The notes: generated by a model from the sequence alone, not told the origin. A stretch of DNA of 63,794 nt, filler included, from Octopus bimaculoides (GCF_001194135.2; 9 parts of 8 records of this genome joined end to end with filler, not necessarily neighbours in it); one strand, 5' to 3'. Counted from the whole stretch's first letter, positions 1 through 14,178 are shown. Numbers and translations: made by a program.

Positions 1-62
<62 letters not shown>
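1..62. repeat. (TG)n microsatellite
   Basis: Pure TG run from window start. Confidence 0.98.
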
Positions 63-65
<3 letters not shown>

Positions 66-573
66 AGAGAGAAAAAGAGGGAGAGAGTAAGAGTGGTTAA
101 GAGCAAAGGATATTCAGTGTAGATAACACAGAGTAGTGCTCAAATGGATGTAAAATTAAATTCTAACCTCTTTATCCATGACCGGACCCACGACACGAAA
201 GTGGTTATTAGAGAAATCCAAATCTAGTTGCTATGGAAGAAGAAGCACAGCCAGGCTTCAGACATATTTAAATGGAACACAAAATACAGATTATAAAATA
301 AAGAAAAAATATATGATGAACGTATAATGCCACTCTAGTCTTGAAGAAGGACAAATGTACTCAGCAATTTCATCTGCACTTGTAACTATAACACCATAAT
401 CGTATCACATATAAACAGGGCTATTACGTACGTTTGACTATTTGAAACAGCTGTCAAGATAAGACATCAAATACTGTTTTTCATTACCTATATATTTTCT
501 TTATTTTACAATCTGTATCTTGCTCTCCAAGTAAATATAGATTTCAAGCTTGTATTTATCTACATTACTACTT

Positions 574-837
574 CTCTCTCTCTCTCTCCCTCTTTCACAC
601 TCCCTTTCTCTCTATCTATCTCTCTATATGTGTGTGTGTCTTTGTGTACGTATGTATATGTATAGATAGATACAGACAGACAGATAGACAGACAGATAGA
701 CAGACAGACAGATAGATAGATAGAGACAGACAGACAGATAGGTAGATAGAGACAGACAGACAGATAGGTAGACAGAGAGAAACAGAGACAGACAAACAGA
801 CAGACAGACAGATAGGTAGACAGACAGACAGACAGAC

Positions 838-892
<55 letters not shown>

Positions 893-919
893 CAGAGACA
901 GACACACATACATATACAT
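574..919. repeat. Compound CT / GATA / GACA microsatellite
   Basis: Long (GATA)n and (GACA)n arrays; source of spurious ORFs at 560-948. Confidence 0.95.
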
Positions 920-1309
920 ACAATGTTTGTAGTAATTATAGCATGCATTTTCTAGTCAATAAACTGCCTACATATTTCTCTGCATTCCTGCTTGTTGAAT
1001 TTCGATTTATTTATTATATACTTGTGCCTATGTACACGCACATATTTTCTTATATGTAGCTGTTATATTGCTTCTGTCAATATATCTGTATTCAGTTTAA
1101 TTCACTTTAAGATTACATTTCTAATCTCACCACAGCATAATTGATTTCGCAACAGAAAATACAATTAGATTGGTCATTACTAAACGAGAAATGGAATGTT
1201 GTGTCCTTTAGGCATTTTACTTGTTAATCAAATTGTTCAATCGTTAAATTAGAAAGAAAATTATTTCTTGAAATAATACATATACGTACACAGATCTATA
1301 TATGTGTAT

Positions 1310-1620
<311 letters not shown>

Positions 1621-2182
1621 GTGTCTGTGAAAGAGGAATTTAAGATGAAATTGAAATTACTTTAAAATTCATTCTTTACGAATAAAATTAGTTCGTTTTT
1701 AAATGCATGTTACGACTTCGAGCTAAAAGTTTGACGAACCGACGGCAGCAGTGTTTTCAAATTTTGATTTAAATATATGTATTTATGTAATTTTCAGTTG
1801 CACGAGTTGGGTGTTTTTCTCTTTTTTGTTTTATTGTTTGTTTTGCTTTTTTTAGTGAAAGAATATTTTTTGAGATGTCATTGCAAATATTTTATATAAC
1901 TGTAGACGTGGTAATTTTTTTTATTATTATTTCTAGTGACGTTAGTAAAGAAATGCTATTTCAGGAATTTAGAAAGCCAAAACAATTTTAATGAAATTTC
2001 TGAATTATGACATAGTTAGATAATATGTATTGAACTGAAATAATACATATGGCAGTTTCTTGCACTTCTGTTAATAAATTGAAATTTCATGAATAATTTC
2101 GTTGATACAATGTAGTGTGTTTTAGCTAAATGTTATAAAATTTTAGACGTGATAATTGCGTTTTAAATACATACACATGGTA

Positions 2183-2739
2183 CGAGGGTGAGTCAGAAAA
2201 GTAATGCCCTTTTGTTTAGGACAGGTATAATTACCAACACATGAACACGTATCATGCATCAAAATGAATCTGGTCCTCTGTGGATCACATTTCTACTTCT
2301 CAACATAGTCACCGTTTCTCTCAATAGCAATGTTCCACCTTCGAATGAGAGCATGTATCCCTGCCCCGTAAAATTCTGTTGACTGTTCTTTGAGCCACTT
2401 CTTCACTACAGTTTTCACTTCCTTGTCACTGGAATAATGTTTACCTCTCAAACCCTCTTTCATGGAGCCGAAGAGATGATAGTCTGAAGGCGCTAAATCT
2501 GGAGAGTGTGGAGGTAGGGAAGAAGTGGCTCAAAAATCAGTCAACAGAATTTTACGGGGCAGGGATACATGCTCTCATTCCAAAGTGAAACATTGCTATT
2601 GAGAGAAACGTTGACTACGTTGAGAAATAGGGATGTGATCCACAGAGGACCAGCTTCATTTTGATGTATGACACATGTTCCTGTGTTGGTAATTATACCT
2701 GTCCTAAACAAAATGGCATTACTTTTTGACTCACCCTCG
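2183..2739. mobile_element. Palindromic non-autonomous mariner derivative (two 3' ends head-to-head), TA flanks
   Basis: TA-CGAGGGTGAGTCA...TGACTCACCCTCG-TA; ~220-bp inverted arms. Minus strand translates to HSPDLAPSDYHLFGSMKEGLRGKHY...WNIAIERNGDYVEK* (mariner C-terminus). Confidence 0.9.
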
Positions 2740-2924
2740 TACTCTTTATAACAAGCTCAATTTCGAGTAATATGACAAATATTAAAAGGAATGTAGTTAA
2801 ACAGCATATACCATAGTATATCCAGGAGACTTATCAAAAGTGTTTCAGCTGTGATTATCCTGTTTTGTCATTTATTACCATGTCCTTATATTATTATGTG
2901 TCTTGTACCTGTATAGGTTTGCAA

Positions 2925-3120
2925 TTTGGTCACAAGACCGGCTAATTTGAGGCATGGCGTAGGTCAATTACATTGATCAACTGGTAATTATTTTATCGAC
3001 CCAAAAAGATAAGTCGACCTCGGCAGAATTTGAACTCAGAACGTAAAGACGGATGAAATGCCACAAAAAAATTTGCCCGGTGTGCTAACGGCTCTGCCTG
3101 CTCGCCGCCTTACCTCATAC
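2925..3120 (-). mobile_element. tRNA-derived SINE family A copy
   Basis: Reverse complement of the 8627 element (ggcggcgagc...gttctgagttcaaatt...gtcgac). Confidence 0.8.
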
Positions 3121-3685
3121 TTATATAAGATAGGATTTATTACCATGTATGCAGTTCTTCATTGTTTAATGTATCCGTGTTTTGTTTTTGCTTCTTTGCA
3201 ACGACAGGCTGTGACGAAGGAAGATTTGGCTATTATTTCTAGTAGGCCTGGTAACCAGGTATTGTAATTCAGTATTATGTTGCCGAGATGGCAAAATATC
3301 ATAATTGGAACGGTTGAACATTGTCCGAGGTCAAATAGTTGATAATATGTACGGCATGTAAAAAGTGATAATCACATACATGCAAGCATGGTTTTGTCCA
3401 TTTATTTATAGTTAGAATTCTGGAGCCTCTAAATTTGGAACTTACATGACTGTCATTTATGAAGAGTTTGCGGACTTCACGACAGACTAGACGGATTGAA
3501 AATATTTCATATTCTGACTCAACGTTTTATTTTTTCGGAATTTTATTCTGTTGAATTACTTAATGATAGCGGGTTCTGGATTCAATAATAATTAACGGAG
3601 AATGTAAATTAGAGACATGTAGATGACTGGGTTTTTATATTCATCAAATCTGTTATTTGTCTCAAATGTTACATATATATATATG

Positions 3686-4078
3686 TAGGCGTGGTCGTGT
3701 GGTAAGAAGTTTGCTTCCCAACCACATGCTCCGGTTTCAGTCAACTGCGTGGTACGTCGGGCAAGTGTCTTCTGCTATGGCCCAGAGCCGATCAAAACTT
3801 TTGGAGTGGTCTTGGTAGAAGGAAACTGAAAGAAGCCCGATGTATATATATGTGGTAGGGTGTTATGTGTTTTGGAGACTATGTTTGTTCCCACCACCGC
3901 TTGACAACTGGTGTTGGTGTGTTTACGTGTCCGTAACTTAGCGGTTCTGCTAAGACTGGCTTAGATAGAATATGTAGAGGGCTTTAAAAAATAAGCACTG
4001 GAGTCGATTCAGTCAACTAAAAGTTTTCAAGCAGTGCCCCAACATGGCTGCAATCTAATGACTGAAACTAGTAAAAGA
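3686..4078 (+). mobile_element. SINE family B copy with internal microsatellite
   Basis: gtggtaagaagtttgcttcccaaccacatg head and gactgaaac-agtaaaag tail shared with copies at 47340, 51905, 56670 and 59630. Confidence 0.8.
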
Positions 4079-4084
4079 TAAAAT

Positions 4085-4126
4085 ATAAATAGATAGAGAG
4101 ATAGAGATAGAGAGAGAGAGACAGAC

Positions 4127-4157
<31 letters not shown>

Positions 4158-4250
4158 GAGAGAGAGACAGAGAGAGAGACAGAGAGAGCGAGAGAGACCT
4201 GAGAAAGGTATACAGAAAGAGAAAGATGAAATGTAGATAGATATTTATAT
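4085..4250. repeat. (GA)n/(GACA) microsatellite abutting a gap
   Basis: Visible array. Confidence 0.9.
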
Positions 4251-6094
4251 ANNNNNNNNNNNNNNNNNNNNNNNNNNNNNNNNNNNNNNNNNNNNNNNNN
4301 NNNNNNNNNNNNNNNNNNNNNNNNNNNNNNNNNNNNNNNNNNNNNNNNNNNNNNNNNNNNNNNNNNNNNNNNNNNNNNNNNNNNNNNNNNNNNNNNNNNN
4401 NNNNNNNNNNNNNNNNNNNNNNNNNNNNNNNNNNNNNNNNNNNNNNNNNNNNNNNNNNNNNNNNNNNNNNNNNNNNNNNNNNNNNNNNNNNNNNNNNNNN
4501 NNNNNNNNNNNNNNNNNNNNNNNNNNNNNNNNNNNNNNNNNNNNNNNNNNNNNNNNNNNNNNNNNNNNNNNNNNNNNNNNNNNNNNNNNNNNNNNNNNNN
4601 NNNNNNNNNNNNNNNNNNNNNNNNNNNNNNNNNNNNNNNNNNNNNNNNNNNNNNNNNNNNNNNNAAAACTAGATCAAATCCAAAGTATAAACGTTCTTCT
4701 TACTTCTATGACAAGACACAAAAGTTCTATCTTTTCTAAATGAAAAGTATGATTTCGTGACATATCTACGCTTTACAAAAGGTTTTGTTGTGTTAGGGTA
4801 TTGAAAATAAAGTTGAAAGATGGTACCTTGTTTCTTCTAAGACATGAACTGTTCCAATGATATTCTTTTATTCTTTTATATGTTTCAGCCCTAAGGCTGT
4901 GGCCATGCTGGGGCACATGATTTTTGAAATATTGTCTTCATCTTGAAACTGAGGTTATCATTCCGAAAAATCTATAAAGATATTATAAGCGCGAGCGTAG
5001 TAAGAAATTTCTGTCTCAACCACATGTTTCCGGGTAAATACTTTGAAAGTAAGGTACCATTGAAATGTGAATACACACGGAATAATAGAAGTTTTGCGTA
5101 AATCAGACCATGGATTCCCGAATGAAAGGCAAAGTCGACCTTTCAGTTTCCGCCTACCAAATCCACTCACAAGGATTTGATCAGTCCGAGGCAATAGCAA
5201 CAAAAGACACATGCCTAAGGTGCCATGCAGTGGGACTGAATCTGAAACCATGTGGCTGGAAAGCAAACTTCGTACCAAACAGTCACGCTTGCTCCTATAT
5301 AAATTATTGCAATATGTGAATTATGGCACAAAAGAAAATATAATTTTAAAAGTTGAGATTTAAAATGGGTTGCGATTTTTGTGTCTCCAAATAGTTTAAG
5401 AACCTCTATATATCATTATATTGATTATACGTTCTCAGATCTAGATCTTTTATTTTATTTTCTCGTTTTAATTTTCCTAAGCTACCACATGATGGCACCA
5501 TATTGAGACAGAATAAGATATATTTTATATCAGCAAGTATCTAAATGATGGCTAACTAACGCCATTGCCTTATTATTTATCCAAAGTACTATCATTACTT
5601 AAGTATTTATTTTTAAGGTCTTGGGAATAAAAATATTTAGATGGTAAGAAATATCACCTGCGCGCGTCTGGTTCTATCATTAGCAGAATATTTCACTCTC
5701 AAGTCACGTCTTTCAATTGGAATTTCGTTTCCATAGATGACAGTTTATCATTTCAATTCTCTGGTGATATTTTTAAAAATGAATTTATCATAATATTGAA
5801 TAAGACAATAAAGAATAAACATATATGTGTTCGCTTCTATATATGTGCGTGCGTTTAATGTTTGTTTAATTTTTACTGTTTACGCTTCGTATATGTGCAT
5901 GTATTAATTCAATTTTTGTATTTTATTTTTTAAGCAAAATCTCTTATGTGTGTGCACGTTTATGTACATGTGTGTACGTTCATTTTTGTGTGTAAACATA
6001 ATACAAATAAACATTCACTAAAAAAATGTTGAGGAATATTTGTGCATCAACGTGTTTGTATGCAAGTTTTTGAAATACTATATGCGTCTGTGTA

Positions 6095-6125
<31 letters not shown>

Positions 6126-6710
6126 TATATATTTTATAACTGACTTTTTGACTTTAGTACTCACACACACACATATATATATTAGTAGTATTAGTAGCAG
6201 TATCACCTCGCACCATCATCATCCGCAACATTTACAGCAGTTTCAGAATTATTTGTTTGTAATGTCTTCTAAAGCTTATATTTCTCTTTGCATTTAGTGT
6301 TTGTTTGTTTTCTCATTTTCTTTTTTGCCATTAAATATTTATTTCATGGTGTCATATGAGAATATAAAACTGCTAAAATTGTGACAAACTCTTAAAAGTT
6401 AAGTTGCTTCAACTTTTGACAACCTTTCTTAAAAACTTCCTATTTAATTATTTAAGTTCGTTGCGATGTGGTAATTTCCGTTCGTGTTTCGTTTTCCGTA
6501 TTCTCTTTGCCAATTTTCCTCTTAAAATCCCGACTCATTTATTTTTATTTATTGTTCAAGTATCATTTCACTTTACAAGAATTTCATGCTGTGGACTTTC
6601 GTTTGTCACAATTCAAGCAAGTTTTTCATTTCATCCACAGGTATTAATGAAGACGACCGATATAGTTAAACACCAAACAAACTGTTTTCTATGACTTTAA
6701 TTGCGAGGAA

Positions 6711-7140
6711 GGCGACGAGCAGGCAGAATAGTTAGCACGCCGGACAAAATACTTAGCAGTATTTCGTCTGCCTCTACGTTCTGTGTTCAAATTCCACCGA
6801 AGTCGATTTTGCTTTTCGGGTCGATCAAATGAGTACAATTGAAGTGCAGTGGGGGATGAAATCAACTAACCTTTTTCCCAAAAAATTTCAAGCCGCGTGT
6901 CAATAGCAGAAAGAATTATTTTATATTGTCTCCAAAGTGGCGAGCTGATAGTATCGTTAGCGTGTCGAGCAAAATGCTTCATGACATTTCTTTCGATATT
7001 TTGCTTTCTAAGTTCAGATTCTGCCGAGGTTGATCTTCCTTTTCATCTTTTCGAGCTCGATGATGTAAGTACCAGCTAAACAATAGAGTCGATATATTCG
7101 ACTGACCACTTCCCTTAAACTTACTGGTCTTGAACAAAAA
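6711..7140 (+). mobile_element. Two tandem SINE family A copies
   Basis: Two heads (ggcgacgagcaggcag at 6711; gtggcgagctgatag near 6937), each followed by a gttc.aattc..ccga.gt.ga B-box-like region. Confidence 0.75.
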
Positions 7141-8626
7141 TTGGGGACAAGTGTTTTTATATCGTCTCTCAATTACAATTTCAAATCCTGTGAGAGTAGA
7201 TATTGATTTCTGGAGATTTTTTTAGTTAAATCTACTAGTTGCTGATGGCATTGATAGACCTGCTCCAATAGATCTATGATCAATGTATTCCAGAAGCAAC
7301 CATTCATTTATTTTTCAGATTCATTTTATCTATAACCAGTATGTCCAAGCCGTGTTTCTATCTCTGAATATGATAGAGTGCAATTTGAAAGATATTTGTC
7401 TGTGCTTTCTGGTATGCACAAACACCGTGTTAAGGTTTCTAGCTGTTGTCTTTGTTTAGCCTCAGCTATTACTTGATTAAATAGATATGGCTAAAGACAA
7501 TCTGGCTATGATCATCCTTTTAGAAGTATGTCTTGAATATGTCTACGACCATATTATCCAGTGTATCCCTTCTTAATTAAAAGTTGGAGCGCACAACTAA
7601 TGGAGATTTGGCTGCTATTTCATATAGTTCTTTACTAATAATCTACAAAGAGTGAATGAATTCATTAAACCTACAAACATTTCCATTTCATCAACGTAAA
7701 ACAAATATTCATTTCAAACCGCAATCAGGACGAAATTAATATTGAACAAGTCGTATTTCTTTTGATCTGACAAGGGTCATAGATTTGTGTAATATGAGGA
7801 AAAAAACATAATGAACAATTTGATGAATAGATCATTTATAAAATGTTATCATGTGTTTATTTGTAATAGTTTAATATAAATTAGCTAACCGTTTTGTTTG
7901 TCTCGTCTTGTAATCATTGTATTTAAACGACAGTTGATCAATTGATGTGATTTATTTAACGGGATGTTGAATAATTAATATAAAACATTGTAATCCATTC
8001 CACTTTCGGAATGTTTGTCGTCAATAAAGTTATTGGCGCCGAAGTCTCTGAAGAGGTCGCTTTTTCAATAATCTTTCTTGTTTCCCTTCAAATGTTTTCA
8101 TCGTTTTCTATTCGAGTGTTTTTTCTTTTTCTTTTTCATATGCAAAAATCTAGTTATAATAATAGCTGGAATAGCTGAACGAAGTGAGTCCAATATATTA
8201 CTCCAACTTATCATAAGCTAATACAGGAAGAGACATAATTGGAGGAGCTTCTGACAAAATGCAGTTCAGTATTTAGTAGAAGTACTTTATGTTCAGTGCT
8301 CAAATCCACCTAAGTCCAAATTTGTTTATCATCAAATTTATTTATACATGCACACATAAGGCAGTATAATTGGATATGAGTAAGATTACACAGCCATTTA
8401 TTTCAAGTCTTATGAGTCTGTTGCTAGGGTAATATTTGCAGTTTGTTGAAATGCTAGTGTTATATATGCAGTAAATTGTTGTAAATAACTTGATTGGTTA
8501 ATACAAATTTAGTAAATTTTACATCCAATGAGCAATATAAGTTATGTAAACAAATGTAAGCCAGTAGAAATCCTCTCCTTTATATCCTTTCGCCTATTCG
8601 AATGTGTTGTGTGTTTGTGTGTGTAA

Positions 8627-8840
8627 GGCGGCGAGCTGGCAGAAACGTTAGCACGCCGGGCGGAATGCTTAGCAGTATTTCGTCTGTCGTTACGTTCTTA
8701 GTTCAAATTCCACCGCGTTCGACTTGGCTTTTCATCCTTTCAGGGTCGATAAATTAAGTACCAGTTGCGTACTGAGATCGATCTAATCGACTGCCCCCCC
8801 TCCCCAAAAAATTTCAAGCCTTGTGCCTAGAAAAGGATAT
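8627..8840 (+). mobile_element. Well-preserved tRNA-derived SINE family A
   Basis: A-box-like GGCGAGCTGGCAGA, B-box-like GTTCAAATTCC, shared body and agaaaagga tail; >10 related copies in window. Confidence 0.88.
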
Positions 8841-9740
8841 TTGTTATAGAAAAGAATAGAAAAGGATATTTGTTATAAAACTTAACAAATATACGCAAAA
8901 ATAAACTCTTTGTCCCTAATTCTCCGTGTTGTATTTTCTAGCTGTTGGCATGGATGTTGCTGGTGTTTANNNNNNNNNNNNNNNNNNNNNNNNNNNNNNN
9001 NNNNNNNNNNNNNTTAATTAATTAANNNNNNNNNNNNNNNNNNNNNNNNNNNNNNNNNNNNNNNNNNNNTTTACATAAATGAACAAGTTATTTGTACATT
9101 CACAAAATTTTATTTGACAAGTTCGGGAAAGGAACGAAAGCGCTAATATATATATATATACACACATACATAAACACACACATATATAAATATGACTTCT
9201 TCTTTCTCGATACATACCTATTTAACCTTCTCAGAGGCGCTGAGAAATAATTTTAATCAGTTATATTTCTACTTATTAAATCGTTTAGTTTTACCTACTG
9301 TTTTCAGTGATGGGGAAATAAGTAACCTTCAATATAATCTTAGGTGGTAGAGGATACGTCACGCTCACGGGTATATAGTTAAACATATTTTGACAATGAC
9401 CTATAAGTTGTGCATGAAATCTACATTATGTGGACATTAGATGAAAAAAGAAATAGAAATATCCAGTATGCGAGCTATATAATATACATACATACACACA
9501 CAAGCACGTGTTCATATATGAATGCGTGTGTGTATGTACATCGTTATGTAAGTATAGACACACTCGCACACACGCACTCACGCACACACGTACACACGCA
9601 CGCAGGTAAATGTATATATATGTATATATATATATATATATATCGAGAGAGAGAGAGACATCTACTGTCCACATACACACACATATATAAATAAACACAC
9701 GGATAAATATATATACATACACACACACATACACACACAC

Positions 9741-9789
<49 letters not shown>

Positions 9790-9916
9790 NNNNNNNNNNN
9801 NNNNNNNNNNNNNNNNNNNNNNNNNNNNNNNNNNNNNNNNNNNNNNNNNNNNNNNNNNNNNNNNNNNNNNNNNNNNNNNNNNNNNNNNNNNNNNNNNNNN
9901 NNNNNNNNNNNNNNNN

Positions 9917-9956
<40 letters not shown>

Positions 9957-11169
9957 GTACATGCATACACACATATATGTGCACAACTGAAAACAGAACT
10001 AATTAACTAAATTAAATGAACCAAAGTATTTAAATTTAGTTTTAGAATATCTAAAAGATTTGTTTTTGTATTGAAACTTTCTTCTTCAGTTCTTTTTTCG
10101 TTGTTGACAAGGAAGTACCTCACTCGTGTCGCCAAAAGGAAATTGGCTCCGTTTTGTTTTTTGAAAGAATATTTCTCTCAACCATGAATAGCAATTTTTA
10201 GAACATTATATTATAGTAATATAATTTGTTCATGTGCAATGAATTTTTTTTATTGTGCATTTCAGATTTTACATCTTTTTTCCCTAGATTTTATCATCTA
10301 ATAACATTGCCGTCGAGTATATTCATTCTTTCATCTTCATTAGCGTCATCATCCTCCTCATCCTCTTAACCATCAGCATCATAACGATCATGATCACAAT
10401 ACTAATCAAGATCATCATTATCAATGGAATAAATATAAATGAGTCGATAGTTGCATCATCTGATAGAAAGAGTACTTAAATCTTTCCTCAATTGCATATA
10501 AGGAAGGCTTATATTCGCAATATTATTGACAAGAACAGTACTGTCATGGCGGTAACGCTTTTGATAATTGTTTTTTCTCACTCAGAGCTGAAGATGTTTA
10601 AACCACAACATTGTAGATTACAAAAATTGTTGATGTTATTATCTACATAACTATTGATACTATTACTAATCAACACACCATTTCTCTATGATAATAGTTA
10701 TTCTTCTTAATATAATATAATCTCATTACTGCTTATTATCAGAGACTAGAATTAATCGTTTTCACTATTTATGTAGCACTAAATACCAAATTTTAGTCGG
10801 CAAGATGTACAAAAATATTTTCTGTATCATGCAATGTTTTTCCTATATGAAAAATGCATCTGCACTGAATGTGTAATAATAATGATTATTAATAACGACA
10901 ATATCTTTGGTAGTTTTTATCATTTAGCCAGAAGGAGGTGGCAGATCATGCCTACTATCTGAGTACCTGCAAAATTTCAACTTACAACCAAAGTGTTAGA
11001 ACAGATAACGCAAGGCATCCTCTCCAGTGCTATAACGATTCAGTCAGTGTACTACCTGACATTGGTATAATAAATATATTGACTCTGCAAGGATGAACTG
11101 CATAACTGATCTCAGCATTATTTAAACTCGGGAGATAGAGAGCCGGAATAAAAAAGTTGTTGGCATCAA

Positions 11170-11410
11170 AAAGTTGTCGAACTAGTTAAGTTTAATAAAA
11201 AATAACTTATTTACCTCTGTTTTAACATCATCTCGTTCGGAATATTCACCTTGCGCACAACAATACACCGGTCCCTGATACTTTTGTCATTCGGCCTGGA
11301 AGTCGTTTTCCCTAAGCGAGTCGAAGACCTTCTGCGATTCGCTCTGGATCTCAAGATCCAGGCTTAAAGGGGCGACCTTTGAGCTGAATTATGATCTTGG
11401 GGAAGAGATG
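11170..11410 (-). mobile_element. Degenerate mariner 3' fragment
   Basis: Minus strand gives FPKI..QLKGRPF and, after frameshifts, SQKVFDSLRENDFQ...AQGEYSER-like mariner C-terminus. Confidence 0.5.
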
Positions 11411-12024
11411 GAAGGTTGAAAGGCAGAGTTAACTTTGACGGAATTTGAACTCAGAGCACAAAAGCGGATGAAACGCCGCTAAACATTTTGCCCAGGGTGC
11501 TAACGATTCTGCCAGCTCGCTGCCTTACTTAATTCTTTCATATTAACGCTTCGTTGCATAATCACAAAGTCGCAACTTTTCAGCGAAATTATACCAGATA
11601 AAATGTACCTCGTATCAGGACTAGGCTTTTATATATTTGATCGACCATTTTATAATAAATATAGATACGAACTTCTGTAGGATTAAAACAGAGAAACTGA
11701 AATGAAGTAACTAATCATATTAATTATATAAATAATTATTTGTGTATTGATAATACCACAAAGCATTTCGTTCCGAACTTCAACGATTCTGCTCTGTACC
11801 ACTTTAGTTATCATAATAACTTCTTGCATTATCATTTGTCCACAACAATTAAAAGAAGATGGTTGATTTCCTGGACAGCAATACTCCAATGATGCCTCGT
11901 TTATCGAAACAGTTGTGTATAACAAAGACGAATTTGAAAGGATTAGAAATCAGAATGTAAATGACTAAGCTAAATAGTAAAAGCTTTAGTTTAATGCTCT
12001 GTCGATTCTCTTATCTACTGGACA

Positions 12025-12057
<33 letters not shown>

Positions 12058-12120
12058 NNNNNNNNNNGCACAGAGCTGCGCTCGGTAGTGAAGTGAAAGC
12101 ACGTTATAAAAATAAAACTA

Positions 12121-12171
<51 letters not shown>

Positions 12172-12761
12172 GTTCTCTTTTATATTCGCGCGAAGTTATA
12201 CAAACACAGGAGAAGCGATGATATATTATATACTTTTCAATGGAAATTACATTCTAATATATATGAAACATTCCAGGTTCTCGTTCATATACGAGAGAGA
12301 AACCGCTAGTCTGGGTGTTTTAGAGCACTGTGCGTTCCTACTCGCCGGTCATTGCTCATTCTGGTCTAAATGTTGACCAAAAGGTTCATGTTAATATTAT
12401 ATTTCAGTTTTGTAAAGGAGATGATAGGCCATATTTTCATGATAATTGCGTTACAGTTCGTTGTGATATATTTCTATAATAATTATTTGAAAGGAGGTAT
12501 TACTTGATAACGTAAAACCAGTGTAATTAATATCAGTGTTCTTCTTCTGATTAATACCACAAGTAAGAAGACGGTAGACTAGCAGAATCGTTAGCATACC
12601 GGGAAAAATAGCGGCATCTCGTCAGTCTTTATGTTCTGAGTTAAAATTCCACCGTTGTCGACATTTAGTTTCAACAGTTAGCTTTCGATAAATTAATTAC
12701 CAGATGTGCAGAGGGGTTGATGTGATCCAGTAAACCCCTACCTTCAGCAGCAATTAATGTA

Positions 12762-14060
12762 AGTAGCCGACATCTAGAAAGCTCTGAAGAAGCAGTAATA
12801 AACAAAGGTCTCAAATTTGCGACAACCATGAAGCGCATTCCATACCTGGACATAATAATCCATATTGAAGAGATAACCATAAAGATACCAAAAGCTCAGG
12901 GAGATGAACTAAGGTGGAAAGTGAGACAGGCACTAGAAAAAGCGAAACTTCCCAAAGCAAACATCACTAGGAAAGAAACGTTCGCTATCCAAAGACTACT
13001 TAGTGACAATTCCATCATAATACTTCCAGCAGACAAGGGAAATGTCACAGTGGTGATGAACAAGTCTGACTACTCGGAAAAACTGACAAGTCTTGTAAGT
13101 GATGGTAGCTACAACAAAGTAAAGAAAGACACTACTTTGAAAACAGAGAGGAAGTTGTCACAGATCTTGATCAAGAACAAGGATCACTTTATACCAATGA
13201 AGTACAGACAACTGACTCAACATTACAGTAAGCTACCACACATGTACGGTCTTCCTAAGATTCACACGGATGGTATTCCATTATAGTGAGCTGTAGAGGT
13301 GCAGCATGTCATACACTGAGCCGCTTCCTTGTGGATATAATCAGTCCATTAGCAGGAAAGTCAACATCATACGTGAAGAATTCCACCCACTTCACAGAAT
13401 TGATCAAGGATACTCTCATTGAATCCAACCAGATGGTGAGTCTAGATGTGATAAGTCTGTTCACCAAAGTCCCAACTGGTGAAGCACTATCGGTGATTCA
13501 AGAAAAACTAGTAACAGACACCCATCTAAAAGAAAGCAAATATACCAATAAGAAACTTGATGGAAATTTGACCTTCTCTGAGGAAGCTACCTAATTCAGT
13601 ATAGACACTGATATATATCGACAAAATGAGGGTTTAGCTATGGGTTCGCCATTATCACCGATAATAGCCAATATATACATGGAATACTTTGAGAATTTGG
13701 CTTTAGGATCAACATCACCAAAACTAACCCTATGGCTGCGATATGTTGATGACACCTTCATACTCTGGCCCCACCAGGAAGATGTCCAAGTAATGTTTGA
13801 TCATGTGAACTCAATGACGCCATCCATACAGTTCACAATGGAAAAAGAAAAAGAAAATCATCTAGCATTTCTGGACGTATTAGTAACACGCATCAAGTAT
13901 GGATTCAGGACATCCGTATACTGGACGATACCTCACCTTCAACTTCCACCATCCATACAGTGTAAAGATAGGGATTGCCCAGTGTCTAAAACATCGAGCA
14001 ATGAATATAAGTAGCGATCCCACCACGAAGAAATGATCAAGCTCAGTAACAATCGTTGGA
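12762..14060 (+). mobile_element. Penelope-like element (PLE) reverse transcriptase remnant
   Basis: KGLKFAT, ILPADKGNVTVVM, YGLPKIH, VSLDVISLFTKVP, MGSPLSPIIANIYME, WLRYVDDTF, LAFLDVLV; broken by a stop at 13284-13286 and frameshifts. Confidence 0.93.
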
Positions 14061-14119
14061 TTTCGTTCCGAATGCGTAAAGCAAACTGCTATTATTATTG
14101 TTTTTACTATTATTGTTGA

Positions 14120-14147
14120 TATTGCCTTGCTCATTCACTTCCTCCAT

Positions 14148-14178
<31 letters not shown>

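Noticed and set aside
9014-9025. TTAATTAATTAA islands inside N runs (also 14325, 17383, 20966, 36291, 44777, 55819, 62106)
   Set aside because: Identical 12-mer centred in gaps with stops in all six frames: a scaffolding spacer, not biology.
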